Both the position numbers and the translations under genes were made by a program. Below the pieces are notes generated by a model. That model was given only the letters and a program-made list of their open reading frames with translations. It had not been told where the DNA came from and ran no database searches. From assembly GCA_046598045.1 (NCBI GenBank), contig JBKJJJ010000215.1, forward strand, positions 62,645-126,644: 64,000 nucleotides of DNA, given 5' to 3'. Source of the DNA: Candidatus Eiseniibacteriota bacterium (GTDB lineage: Bacteria > Eisenbacteria > RBG-16-71-46 > DASYSL01). Every line of letters starts with the position of its first letter. Position 1 is the first letter of the stretch. Positions 46,794 through 57,913 of the stretch are shown here, piece after piece.

Positions 46794-49045
46794 ATGACCC
46801 CCGATCACTGGCTCGGACAATCGCCCACCCGCACCGACGGGGCCGCCAAGGTCACCGGCAGCGCGCGCTATATCGACGACGTCCCGTTCGAGAACCTGCT
46901 CCACGGCAAGACCATCCGCACCACGGTCGCGCGCGGGCGGCTCACGGGCATTCGCTACCTGCCCGGCGTGCCGTGGGAGGAGTTCACGATCGTGACCGCG
47001 AAGGACATCCCCGGCGTGAACGTCGTGACGCTGATCGACACCGACCAGCCCTACCTCGTGTCCGACCAGGTGCGCCACGTCGCCGAGCCGGTGGTGCTGA
47101 TCGCGCACGCCGACAAGGGCCTGGTCGAGAAGGCGGCGTGCCTGATCGAACTCGACATCGAACCCGAGGCGCCCGCGTTCACGATCGACGACAGCCTCGC
47201 CGCCGGCGCCAGGGGCGACGCGCAGTACGGCGCCGACAACGTGTTCAAGCGCTTCCACGTCGCGCGTGGGGACGCGCGTGCCGCGCTCGCGCGCGCCGCG
47301 GTCGTGGTCACGGGCACCTACGAGACCGGCGCACAGGAGCAGCTCTATATCGAACCGCAGGGGATCGTGGCGATGGCATCGCCGGGCAAGGGCGTGACGG
47401 TGTGGGGCTCGATGCAGTGTCCGTATTACGTGCACAAGGCGCTCGGCCCGCTGTTCGACCTGGCGCCCGCGAAGGTGCGCGTCGTCCAGACCGTCACGGG
47501 CGGCGGCTTCGGCGGAAAGGAGGAGTACCCGAACGTGATCGCCGGCCACGCCGCGCTGCTCGCATGGAAGGCGGGCCGCCCGGTGAAGCTGATCTACGAC
47601 CGGCTCGAGGACATGTGGGCGACGACCAAGCGCCACCCGAGCCGGACGAAGATCACCGCGGGCTTCGCCCAAGATGGCACCCTGCTCGCGCTCGACATCG
47701 AGGTCGACCTCGACGGCGGCGCATATCTCACGCTCTCGCCGGTCGTGCTCTCGCGCGGAACGCTGCACGCCGCGGGCGCGTATCGCTGCGACGACGTCTC
47801 GATCCGGAGCCGCGCCGTGCTCACGAACGCGCCGCCCTACGGCGCGTTCCGCGGCTTCGGCGCGCCGCAGACGATCTTCGCGATCGAGATGCACATGGAG
47901 CGCGCTGCGCGCGAACTGGGCATGGACCCGCTCGCGCTGAGGCGCAAGAACTTCCTGCGCGCCGGCGACACGCTGCCCACCGGGCAGGTGCTCGCCGAGG
48001 ACCCGGGGCTCGAGTCCCTGCTGGACGAGGCGATGGCGATGATCGACTGGCCCGCGCGGCATGCGGCGCACGCGCGCCACAACGCGCAGCCCGGCGCCTC
48101 GAGGCGCGGGCTCGGCGTGGCGACGTTCTTCCACGGCTCGGGCTTCACCGGCTCGGGCGAGGTCAAGCTCGCCTCGCGCGCGGCGGTCGAGCTCGCGCCC
48201 GACGGCCACGTGCGCGTGCTCGCGGCGAGCACCGACATCGGGCAGGGCACGATCACCGTGTTCGGGCAGATCGTCGCCGAGCGCCTCGGGCTCGCGCTCT
48301 CGGACATCGAGGTCGCCGACCCCGACACCGCGGTCGTGCCGGACAGCGGGCCGACGGTGGCCTCGCGCACGACCATGGTCGTGGGCGGGCTGATCGACCA
48401 CGCGGCGATGGACCTCAAGGCCGCACTGGTCGCGAGCGGAGGGCTGTCGGCATCGGGCTACGACGCGGCGCAGTTCCGCGCGGCGGCCCGGGCGCACGTG
48501 GCCGCGGGCGGGCCGGCCCGCTTCGAACGCCAGTACGAGCCGCCGCCCAACGTGACCTGGGATGACGCGACCTACACCGGCGACGCCTACGCGACCTACG
48601 CCTGGTCGGCGCAGGTCGCCGACATCGAGGTCGATGCGCTCACCGCGCAGGTCGAGGTCAGGGACTTCGTCGCGGTGCAGGAGGTCGGGCGCGTGCTCCA
48701 CCCGACGCTCGCCGCTGGGCAGATCGAGGGCGGCGTCGCGCAGGGCATCGGTTGGGCGATCTCCGAGGAGGTCGTGCTCAAGGACGGCGCGATGGCGAAC
48801 CACCAGCTGACGAACTACATCGTGCCCACCGCCGCCGACGCGCCGCCGATTCGGGTCGCCTTCCACGAGCACCGCTACGCGCACGGCCCGGGCGGCGCGA
48901 AGGGCATCGGCGAGCTGCCGATGGACGGCCCCGCCCCCGCGATCGGCGCGGCCCTCGCCGACGCGCTCGGCATCGTGCTGACAAAGATTCCTTTCCTGCC
49001 CGAGCGCGTGCTGCCCGCGCTCGACGCCGCGGTGGAAGTGGCGCG

Positions 49046-49049
<4 letters not shown>
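46794..49049 (+). CDS. Xanthine dehydrogenase family molybdopterin-binding subunit
   Basis: KVTGSARY, GGGFGGK, AFRGFGAPQ, DIGQG, GQIEGG, GAKGIGE. Confidence 0.9.
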
Positions 49050-49503
<454 letters not shown>

Positions 49504-49507
<4 letters not shown>

Positions 49508-50382
49508 GGAGCTGGCTCGCGGAATTCGACGTCGCCTGCCCGCGTGCGTTGGGCGAAGCGCTGTCGCTGCTCGCCGAGGGCGCGGCTCAACCGGGCACGG
49601 TGACGCCGCTCGCCGGGGCGACCGACCTCTACGTGCTGTTCAACGCGGGGCAGGTGGCGCCGACGCGCTTCGTCAGCCTGCATGCGGTGCCCGAGTTGTC
49701 CGCGCCCGCGCGCTGGGACGGCGCCGCCTACACGATGTCCGCGCTCACGACCTACAGCGAGACGCGCCACGACGCGCAGGTCGCGACGCGTCTGCCGCTG
49801 CTCGTCGCCGCGGCGCGCGAGCTCGGGGCGCTCCAGATCCAGAACCGCGGCACGTGGGCGGGCAACATCGCGAACGCCTCGCCGGCGGCCGATGGCGTGC
49901 CCGCGCTCCTCGCCTACGACGCCGTGGTCGAGCTGGCGAGCGTGCGTGGCCGGCGCTGGGTCGCGCTCGCCGACTACTTCACGGGTTACAAGAAGTCGCT
50001 GCGCATGCCCGACGAGCTGATCACCGCCGTGACCGCGCAGGCGCCGGGAGCGGGGGCGCGGCACTTCTGGCGCAAGGTCGGCACGCGCAAGCTGCAGGCG
50101 ATCTCGAAGGTCGTCGCCGCCGGCGTGCTCGAGCGCGACGCCCAAGGCGTGGTGACGCGGGCGCGGCTCGCGTTCGGCAGCGTGGCCCCGATCACCGCCC
50201 GCGCGCACGCGGTCGAGGCCGCGGTCACCGGCAAGCGGCTCGGCCCCGAGGCCACGGCAGCCGCCCTGGCCGCGCTCGCGAGCGATATCGCCCCGATCGA
50301 CGACGTGCGCTCGACGAGCGACTATCGCATGCGGATTGCGGGCAACCTCGTGCGCGCGTTCCTCGCCCCCGACGCCCCTTGA
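49504..50382 (+). CDS. Xanthine dehydrogenase FAD-binding subunit
   Basis: LAGATDL, QIQNRGTWAGNIANASPAAD, PIDDVRSTSDYR. Confidence 0.9.
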
Positions 50383-51761
50383 GCGTGGCCCGGCGACTCC
50401 TCGTGCGCGCGCGGCGTGTCGTGCTTCCCGAGGGGGAACGCCCGGCGTGCCTCGTGATCGAGGACGGCAGGATCGTGCGCGTCGATCCCCACGACGCTCA
50501 CTACCCCTCCTTCGACCCGGCGCATGCGATCGACGCGCGCGAGCTCGTCGTGCTGCCCGGCCTCGTCGACTCGCACGTCCACGCGAACGAACCCGGTCGC
50601 ACCGACTGGGAGGGCCTCGAGACCGCGACCCGCGCGGCCGCCGCGGGCGGCATCACGACCGTAGTCGACATGCCGCTCAACTCGCTGCCGCCGACGAACA
50701 CGCCCGCCGCGCTCGCGCTCAAGCGCGCAGCGGCTACGAGCAAGGTGACGTGCGACGTCGCGTTCTGGGGCGGCGCGGTGCCGGGCAACGCCGGCGAGTT
50801 TGCGGCGTTGGTCGATGGGGGCGTGTGCGGGTTCAAGGCGTTCACGATCGACTCCGGCGTGCCCGAGTTCCCGCCCCTCGACGAACCCGCTCTCGCCGGC
50901 GCACTCGCGGAGTGCGTTCGGCTCGGCGCGACCCTGATCGTCCACGCCGAGGCGGCGGGGCCGATCGCCGCCGCTGCGCCGCACGGGACGCCGCGCAGCT
51001 ACGCGAGCTGGCTCTCCTCGCGCCCTCAGGCGGCCGAGGTGGAGGCGATCACGACGCTCGTGCGGCTGATGCGCGCGCACGGCGGGCAGGTGCACGTCGT
51101 CCATCTCTCGGCGGCCGACGCGTTACCGGTGATCGCCGCCGCGCAGGCGGAAGGCCTCGCGTTGAGCGCAGAGACCTGCCCGCACTATCTCGCGCTCACC
51201 GCCGAGGACATCCCGGACGGCGCGACGCTGTGCAAGTGCGCGCCGCCGATCCGCGAGGCCGAGAACCGCGAGCGCCTGTGGGCGGGCCTCGCGAAGGGCA
51301 CGATCGCGCTGGTCGCGAGCGACCACTCGCCGAGCCCGCCCGACGGCAAGGCGCTCGACACCGGCGACTTCGGCAAGGCGTGGGGCGGCGTGAGCTCGCT
51401 CGGGCTCGGGTTGCCGGTCGTATGGACCGAGGCGGCACGGCGCGGGCACACGCTGGTCGACGTCGTGCGCTGGATGGCGCTCGCGCCCGCGCGCCTGGTC
51501 GGGCTCGACGATCGCAAGGGTGCGCTCGCGCCCGGGATGGACGCGGACTTCTGCCTGTTCGACCCGGACGCGGAGTGGACGGTCGAGCCGGCGCAGCTCC
51601 ACATGCGGCACAAGATCACACCCTACGCCGGGAAGACGCTGCGCGGGCGGGTGCGCTCGACCTGGCTGCGCGGCGAGCGCATTTACGAGGACGGGCAATT
51701 CACGGAAGGCGCGCGCGGGCAACTGCTGGCGCGGGCCAGGGAGAGGAACGCTTCGGCATGA
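50379..51761 (+). CDS. allB: Allantoinase
   Basis: DSHVHANEPGRTDWEG, DMPLNSLP, HVVHLS, ETCPHYL, KCAPPIRE, SDHSP. Confidence 0.93.
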   Translation: MSVARRLLVRARRVVLPEGERPACLVIEDGRIVRVDPHDAHYPSFDPAHAIDARELVVLPGLVDSHVHANEPGRTDWEGLETATRAAAAGGITTVVDMPLNSLPPTNTPAALALKRAAATSKVTCDVAFWGGAVPGNAGEFAALVDGGVCGFKAFTIDSGVPEFPPLDEPALAGALAECVRLGATLIVHAEAAGPIAAAAPHGTPRSYASWLSSRPQAAEVEAITTLVRLMRAHGGQVHVVHLSAADALPVIAAAQAEGLALSAETCPHYLALTAEDIPDGATLCKCAPPIREAENRERLWAGLAKGTIALVASDHSPSPPDGKALDTGDFGKAWGGVSSLGLGLPVVWTEAARRGHTLVDVVRWMALAPARLVGLDDRKGALAPGMDADFCLFDPDAEWTVEPAQLHMRHKITPYAGKTLRGRVRSTWLRGERIYEDGQFTEGARGQLLARARERNASA

Positions 51762-53293
51762 ACGACTTCGAGCAACTGGTCGACCTCGCGTCGGCACGCC
51801 TCGGCGGCACGGTGATCGCGGCGAACGACGACTTCTTCGCCGAGAAGGAGAACCTCGTCAAGGACGAGGCGCCGATCTGGATCGCGGACAAGTACACCGA
51901 CCGCGGCAAGTGGATGGACGGCTGGGAATCGCGCCGCCGCCGCACGCCCGGCCACGACTGGGCGATCGTGCGGCTCGGCATGCCCGGTGTGGTGCGCGGC
52001 GTGGTGGTCGACACCGCGTACTTCAAGGGCAACTACCCCGAGGCGTGTTGGATCGAGGGCGCGGCCCTTCCGCACGACGCCTCCGAGGAGCGGCTCCAGT
52101 CCGACGCGACGCATTGGACGGCAATCCTGCCGCGCACGCTGCTCGCGGGCGATACGCGCAACGCGTTCGCGGTTGCGGTGCCCTGGCGGTTCACGCACCT
52201 CAAGCTCCACATCGATCCCGACGGCGGCGTCGCGCGCCTGCGCGTGCACGGGGAGGTCGTGCCCGACCCGGCCGCGGTGGCCGGGCCGGCGGACGCGCCT
52301 CCGGGAGCGGTGCCGCAAGTCGATCTCGCGGCGCTCGAGCACGGCGGCCAGGTGGTCGCGGCGAGCGACATGTTCTTCGGCGGTCGGCACCACCTCGTCC
52401 TGCCGGGCGCGAGCCGCGGCATGCACGACGGCTGGGAGACGCGCCGCCGCCGCGGCCCGGGCCACGACTGGGCGATCCTGCGCCTCGCCGCACGCGGCAC
52501 GATCGACCGCGTGATCGCCGACACCTCGCACTTCAAGGGCAACGCGCCGGGCACCTGCACGATCGAGGTCGCCGACACGCCGGGCGCCACGATCGAACAG
52601 CTCACCGCGCCGGCGTTCCGCTGGACGATGCTGCTGGCGTCGACGCCGCTCGAGCCGCATGACGTGCGTGAGTTCACGGATGCGCTCGTCGATGCCGGCC
52701 CGGCGACGCATGCCTGCCTGCGCATTCATCCCGACGGGGGAGTGGCCCGGTTGCGATTGTTCGGGCACGTCGATGCGGTGGGGCGGCGGGCGCTCGCGCT
52801 CGCGCGACTGGATGCGCTCGTGCCCTCGGAAGCCGAGTTGGCACTGCTTGCCTGCCTGGGCGCATCGAAGTTCGCGCGCGAGCTCGCGGCCGCGCGGCCG
52901 TTCGGCAGCGAGGCGACGCTCTCGGCCGCGGCCGAGGCCGCGATGAGCGCATTGAGCGACGCCGACTGGCGCGAGGCGTTCGCCGCGCACCCGCGCATCG
53001 GCGCCACGCCGCACGGTGGACCCCATGCGGCGCAGCACTGGGCGCGCGAGGAGCAGGCCGGGGTGGCGGGCACGAAAGACGCGACGCGGCACGCGCTCGA
53101 GGAGGGCAATCGCGCGTACGAGGCTCGTTTTGGCTGGATCTTCCTGATCTGCGCGACCGGCAAGACCGCCGAGGAGATGCTTGCCGCACTCGAGACCCGC
53201 ATGCACAATGACTCGGCCGCGGAATTTCGCGTGGCGGTCGAGGAACAGAAGAAAATCACCCGGCTGCGCCTGGAGAAACTGCTTCGCTCATGA
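51758..53293 (+). CDS. alc: Allantoicase fused to OHCU decarboxylase (Alc-UraD)
   Basis: Two DGWE.RRRR..GHDW / PDGGVARLR repeats; C-term EAFAAHPRIG, EQAGV, NRAYEARFG.IFLICATG. Confidence 0.9.
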   Translation: MNDFEQLVDLASARLGGTVIAANDDFFAEKENLVKDEAPIWIADKYTDRGKWMDGWESRRRRTPGHDWAIVRLGMPGVVRGVVVDTAYFKGNYPEACWIEGAALPHDASEERLQSDATHWTAILPRTLLAGDTRNAFAVAVPWRFTHLKLHIDPDGGVARLRVHGEVVPDPAAVAGPADAPPGAVPQVDLAALEHGGQVVAASDMFFGGRHHLVLPGASRGMHDGWETRRRRGPGHDWAILRLAARGTIDRVIADTSHFKGNAPGTCTIEVADTPGATIEQLTAPAFRWTMLLASTPLEPHDVREFTDALVDAGPATHACLRIHPDGGVARLRLFGHVDAVGRRALALARLDALVPSEAELALLACLGASKFARELAAARPFGSEATLSAAAEAAMSALSDADWREAFAAHPRIGATPHGGPHAAQHWAREEQAGVAGTKDATRHALEEGNRAYEARFGWIFLICATGKTAEEMLAALETRMHNDSAAEFRVAVEEQKKITRLRLEKLLRS

Positions 53294-53634
53294 GCGCGAT
53301 CACGACCCACGTTCTCGACATCGCCCACGGCCGCCCGGCCGCGGGCGTCGCCGTGCTGCTCGAGCGGCGCGACGCCACCGGACAATTCTGCGAGGCCGGC
53401 CGCGGCGTGACCGACGCCGACGGCCGCGTGAAGACGCTGCTCACTCCGGGCGCCGCGCTCGCGGTGGGGGCGTGGCGGCTGACGTTCGAGACCGGGGCCT
53501 ACTTCCGCGCGGCGGGGGTGGCGGCGTTCCATCCATCGGTGACCATTGCGTTCGAGGTCACGGACGCGGCGCAGCATTACCACGTGCCGCTGCTGGTCTC
53601 GCCGTTCGGGTATACGACGTATCGTGGGAGCTGA
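53290..53634 (+). CDS. uraH: 5-hydroxyisourate hydrolase
   Basis: ITTHVLD, TDADGR, HYHVPLL, C-terminal YRGS. Confidence 0.95.
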   Translation: MSAITTHVLDIAHGRPAAGVAVLLERRDATGQFCEAGRGVTDADGRVKTLLTPGAALAVGAWRLTFETGAYFRAAGVAAFHPSVTIAFEVTDAAQHYHVPLLVSPFGYTTYRGS

Positions 53635-53665
53635 GTCCGAACGGAGTCGCCGGTACGTTGGCTGG

Positions 53666-54214
53666 GTGATCGCAGTGGCCGTGCTGCTTTCAGCCGCGTG
53701 TGCGCGTTCGAAGGACGTTGGATTCAACGGCCAGCCATGGAAACATCCGGAGTCACTCGCCCGCGTGATACCCGCCGGGATCGAGGCATCGATCCGTAAC
53801 TCCCCTCATGTCGAGGCCGCGCTCGTGGATCCGCAACGCGACAACCTCGACCCGAGTGTGAACACGATCGCCGAGCCCGGCGGACCCGGCTACCGTCTCC
53901 GCACTGCGTGGAAGCCGCTCAGTCAGATCCAGCTGGATCGTCTCCGAGCGATGGTGCTGGACACCGGGAGTTGGCAGACGGAAGCAAAGGCCTGCTTATT
54001 CAATCCGAACATTGCGTATCGCTGGATCGCGGGAGCGGACACGACGAGTGTCTTACTCTGCCACAGTTGTGACACGATGGAAGGCTGGAATGGCGCAAGC
54101 AGGTTGCACGGGGAAGTCGACCCGGCCGCAAAGCGCCTGCTCGCGATGACGGTCGAATTGTTTCCGGGCGATTCGCTCATCACCGCGATCGTCGCGGGGA
54201 AGGAACGGAAGTGA
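53666..54214 (+). CDS. Hypothetical lipoprotein (start uncertain)
   Basis: Lipobox-like LSAAC; ACLFNP and LCHSCD motifs. Confidence 0.55.
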   Translation: MIAVAVLLSAACARSKDVGFNGQPWKHPESLARVIPAGIEASIRNSPHVEAALVDPQRDNLDPSVNTIAEPGGPGYRLRTAWKPLSQIQLDRLRAMVLDTGSWQTEAKACLFNPNIAYRWIAGADTTSVLLCHSCDTMEGWNGASRLHGEVDPAAKRLLAMTVELFPGDSLITAIVAGKERK

Positions 54215-54267
54215 TCACGAGGCGGTGGGCTGAGATCGGTCTGAGGATTGGGATCCGTGACCGCTAG

Positions 54268-54678
54268 CTAGCGGTCCAATCCGGTCTCGAGTTGGCGCGC
54301 GTACTCGGCAGCATCAAAGTGACCATCCGAATTCAGGACGAGACCATCGGCACCGAGTGTCCATTCCTCGTAGCCCTTGATATCGACACCTTTGCCGGTG
54401 CCTCCCGGACCGTCGTTCGTGCCTACGAGCCTCCAGTGGAACTCGAACCCGCGTGGCGTACGGACCAGGTCCTCCAGCGTCACGACCATGTCGGGGAACG
54501 CCGTCATGAATCCCTGCGCCACCTCGGTGATCGCCGGCCGGCCTACCGCCGGATCGGCGCCGTTGACGCGCAGCGACCCGCTCTCGGCGAAGAACGATGC
54601 GACGCTGCCAGGCTGCTGGCTGCTCCAGGCGTTGGCATAGCGCTGGGCAAACTCGCGGAGCTCGGGCGAGATCTCCAT
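54268..54678 (-). CDS. SnoaL/NTF2-like (ester cyclase) protein
   Basis: YANAWSSQ, FMTAFPDMVV, HWRLVGTNDGPGGTGK, GYEEW. Confidence 0.85.
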   Translation of the reverse strand: MEISPELREFAQRYANAWSSQQPGSVASFFAESGSLRVNGADPAVGRPAITEVAQGFMTAFPDMVVTLEDLVRTPRGFEFHWRLVGTNDGPGGTGKGVDIKGYEEWTLGADGLVLNSDGHFDAAEYARQLETGLDR

Positions 54679-54686
54679 GGAGGCGC

Positions 54687-56033
54687 TCACCCCCGCCGCC
54701 GCTTCAGGATTGCGAGGAAGCTCTTCCCCTGGAAGTCCTCGAGCGTCAGCCCCGTCCGCGCCACCGCCTCGGCCTCCGAGATCGCCCCGCAGTTGATCGC
54801 GCGCAGGAAGTAGTTGAGCAGTCCCTGCCCGGTCGCCGCGTCGTCGAACACGTCGCCGACGAGCGTCGCCTGCGCGGCCTTGCCGACGAAGTTCGACAGC
54901 CGCTCGGCGGCCGCGTCGAGCCCCTCCATGAAGAACGTGTAGACCGCCGCGTAGCGCGTCGGCAGCTGGCCCGGGTGGAGGTCCCAACCCTGGTAGTACG
55001 CGGTCTCGAGCGAGTGGCGCACGTGCTCGTAGTGGAGCCGCCACGCCGCGTGCACGGTGCGGCGGTTGTCCTGCAGCTGGGACTTGGTGAGCGTCGAGCC
55101 CTCCGAAGCCTTGTGCGGGCCGACCGGCATGATGTTGGTCGCCCCGTCCGAGAGGCGGACCCCGGTGCCCGCGAGCGAGACCTTGAGCACGTCCTTCGCG
55201 AAGTCGCACGCCGGGTGCGCCATGTGCTGGTGCGCCGCCGTGATGTCGAGCGAGGCCGTGTAGTCGTACGTGCCGAAGTGCGCCGAGCCCACGCGCCCGT
55301 GTCCCGCCGCGATGAGCGCGGGCGGGGCCGCCGTGCCGTCGGCCGCGAAGATGCTCTGCGGCGTCTCGATCATGAGTTCGATCGGGAGTGTGCCGAGCGG
55401 GAGCGAGAGCTTCTTCTCGAGCGCCTCGAGGGCCTCGGCGCAGACCGTGACCTGGTCGGGGTGCGTGATCTTGGGCAGCGTGATCACGAGGCCCTCGTGC
55501 CAGCGCCCGCCGTGCGCGCGCACGAACGTGGTGACGAACAGGTCGAGCGTGCGCAGGCTGCGCGCCGCGAGCTCGGGCGAGAGCGTCTTGATGCGGATGC
55601 CGCCGAACGTCGCCGCCGTGCCGTCCTGGATGCCGCGCGCGAGCTCCTTGGCGCCGGTGACCGCGTGGCCGTCCTCCTCGGCGTCGGGGCGATTGCCGTA
55701 GCCATCCTCGTAATCGATGCGGAAGTCCTCGACCGGCTCACGGCCCAGCTTCTCGCGCACCCGCGCGTACACGGGCTCGACCAGGCGTCCGGGCAGGCCG
55801 AGCGCGCTGCCGAAGCTGACCGCGTCGGGGCCGTAGTCGTCGAGCGCCTTGAGGGCGAGCACGCCCAGTCGCTTCGCGGTGTCGGCCTTGAACAGCTGCG
55901 CGCCGCCGTATACGGTGTGCACCGCCTGCCTGCCATTTCTGTCCCCGGGATATCGCCGGGCGACCGCGCTGTTGGCGGCAGCAAGGCGATCGAGCGCGGG
56001 CTTGAGATCGGTGTCCGTGAGCGACGGGGTCAT
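54687..56033 (-). CDS. CitE/HpcH aldolase-malate synthase superfamily protein (DUF6986-like)
   Basis: RQAVHTVYGGA, EDFRIDYEDGYG, TLPKI, ELMIETPQ, HFGTYDY, LSDGATN, YYQGWDLHP. Confidence 0.8.
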   Translation of the reverse strand: MTPSLTDTDLKPALDRLAAANSAVARRYPGDRNGRQAVHTVYGGAQLFKADTAKRLGVLALKALDDYGPDAVSFGSALGLPGRLVEPVYARVREKLGREPVEDFRIDYEDGYGNRPDAEEDGHAVTGAKELARGIQDGTAATFGGIRIKTLSPELAARSLRTLDLFVTTFVRAHGGRWHEGLVITLPKITHPDQVTVCAEALEALEKKLSLPLGTLPIELMIETPQSIFAADGTAAPPALIAAGHGRVGSAHFGTYDYTASLDITAAHQHMAHPACDFAKDVLKVSLAGTGVRLSDGATNIMPVGPHKASEGSTLTKSQLQDNRRTVHAAWRLHYEHVRHSLETAYYQGWDLHPGQLPTRYAAVYTFFMEGLDAAAERLSNFVGKAAQATLVGDVFDDAATGQGLLNYFLRAINCGAISEAEAVARTGLTLEDFQGKSFLAILKRRRG

Positions 56034-56104
56034 GCGGGCTCCCTTCGGGATCGGATTGGGGCCGGATCGTACAACGCCGCGCAAGCGCGCGAAAGGAGTC
56101 GCTC

Positions 56105-57133
56105 ATGCTTCGGAGAATTGCCGCGATCGCCGTCCTGGTGCTGGCCGCAAACGCGTCCGCGGGCGCGGCTGCTCCCGCCGCGAAGGGCGGCTACTTCGAC
56201 CATGCGGGCCGCGCGGACGCCTGGTCTGGTGGCGTGCGCATGATCCCGATCACGACCCCCAGGGGCACGTTCAAGGTCTGGACCAAGCGCGTCGGCAACA
56301 ACCCGCGGCTCAAGGTGCTCCTGCTGCACGGCGGCCCGGGCGCGACGCACGAGGCGTTCGAGGTCATGGACTCGTACTTCCCGGCGGCGGGCATCGAGTA
56401 CTACTACTACGACCAGCTCGGGTCCGCCTACAGCGACCAGCCGAAGGAGCCCGAGCTCTGGGAGATCCCGCGCTTCGTCGACGAGGTCGAGCAGGTGCGC
56501 AAGGCGCTCGGCTTGACCAGGGACAACTTCGTCCTCATGGGCCAGTCGTGGGGCGGCCTGCTGGCGATGGAATACGCGCTCGCCCACCAGCAGAACCTCA
56601 AGGGCCTCGTGATCTCGAACATGATGTCGAGCATCCCCGCGTACAACAAGTACGCGCACGACGTCCTGATGCCGGCGATGGACCCGAAGGTGCTGGCCGA
56701 GGTGCTCGCGATCGAGGCGGCGAAGGACTACAAGAACCCGCGCTACGAGGAATTGCTCATGCCCGGGTTCTACCAGTACCACTTGCTGCGCCGCCCGATC
56801 GCGGAGTGGCCGGATCCGGTCGTGCGCTGCTTCGCGCACATCAATTACGACATCTACACGCCGATGCAGGGACCGAGCGAGATGGGCGCCAGCGGCAAGC
56901 TCGAGCACTGGGACCGCTCGGCGGACCTCTCGAAGATCACGGTGCCGACCCTCGTCATCGGCGCCCGTTACGACACGATGGATCCCGCGCACATGGCGTG
57001 GATGTCGAAGCAGCTGCCTCACGGGCGATACCTGTACTGTCCCGAGGGCAGCCACTGCGCGCTCTACGACGACCAGGCGACCTACTTCACGGGCCTCGTC
57101 AAGTTTCTGAAAGACCTCGAACGGCGGCCCTGA
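56105..57133 (+). CDS. Secreted proline iminopeptidase-family alpha/beta hydrolase
   Basis: Signal peptide; LLHGGPG, YDQLG, GQSWGG, GSHC. Confidence 0.88.
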   Translation: MLRRIAAIAVLVLAANASAGAAAPAAKGGYFDHAGRADAWSGGVRMIPITTPRGTFKVWTKRVGNNPRLKVLLLHGGPGATHEAFEVMDSYFPAAGIEYYYYDQLGSAYSDQPKEPELWEIPRFVDEVEQVRKALGLTRDNFVLMGQSWGGLLAMEYALAHQQNLKGLVISNMMSSIPAYNKYAHDVLMPAMDPKVLAEVLAIEAAKDYKNPRYEELLMPGFYQYHLLRRPIAEWPDPVVRCFAHINYDIYTPMQGPSEMGASGKLEHWDRSADLSKITVPTLVIGARYDTMDPAHMAWMSKQLPHGRYLYCPEGSHCALYDDQATYFTGLVKFLKDLERRP

Positions 57134-57228
57134 GCGGGCCGCAAGCCTGTTCCCAAAGCGCCCGCGCGCGGTCACAATGGGAGCTCTCGTTGGTTGCAAT
57201 CGCCCCCGCCTCGTGGAAAGGAAATCCG

Positions 57229-57894
57229 ATGAAGCGTGCCCTGAACTTCCTCGTACCCCTGCTGTTGGTTTCGACGGTTGCGCTCGCCGAGGACACACCC
57301 GCACCGACCCCGACACCCACGCCGGCGCCCGCGACGACGACCACGACGACCACCACCACGACCACGATTGCGCCGGCGCCCGTCACCGAGGCGACGCCGA
57401 CGCCCGCGGCGCCCGCGAAGCCCGTGATGCCCGAGGTCGGCCAGGCCGCCCCCGAGGTCGCGCTGCCCGCCCAGGACGGCAAGACCGTCAAGCTCGCGGA
57501 CTATCACGGCAAGTGGGTCGTGCTCTACTTCTACCCGAAGGACTTCACCGGTGGTTGCACGCTCGAGGCGCACAACTTCCAGCGCGACATCGCGAAGTAC
57601 AAGGCGGCGCAGGCGGTGGTGCTCGGCGTCAGCCTCGACAGCGTGGACTCGCACAAGGCGTTCTGCACCAAGGAGTCGCTTCGGTTCAAGCTGCTCTCCG
57701 ATTCGGACCACGCAGTCGCGGAGAAGTACGGCGCGCTCATGAGCTACCAGGGCCAGATGTACGCCTCGCGTTCCACCTTCCTGATCGACCCCAAGGGCGT
57801 GATCCAGAAGGTCTACCCGAAGGTCGATCCCTCCAAGCACAGCGACGAGGTGCTCGCGGACCTGGCCGTCCTCAAGAAGGCGAAGAAGAGCTGA
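57229..57894 (+). CDS. bcp: Peroxiredoxin BCP/PrxQ with signal peptide and Thr/Pro-rich linker
   Basis: VLYFYPKDFTGGCTLEA, GVSLD, RSTFLIDP.G. Confidence 0.88.
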   Translation: MKRALNFLVPLLLVSTVALAEDTPAPTPTPTPAPATTTTTTTTTTTIAPAPVTEATPTPAAPAKPVMPEVGQAAPEVALPAQDGKTVKLADYHGKWVVLYFYPKDFTGGCTLEAHNFQRDIAKYKAAQAVVLGVSLDSVDSHKAFCTKESLRFKLLSDSDHAVAEKYGALMSYQGQMYASRSTFLIDPKGVIQKVYPKVDPSKHSDEVLADLAVLKKAKKS

Positions 57895-57913
57895 TCGCGC
57901 GCGGGGCCGCCGA

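Noticed and set aside
51917..52490. Roughly 60-bp imperfect direct repeats
   Set aside because: These are the two internal domains of allantoicase, not a DNA repeat element
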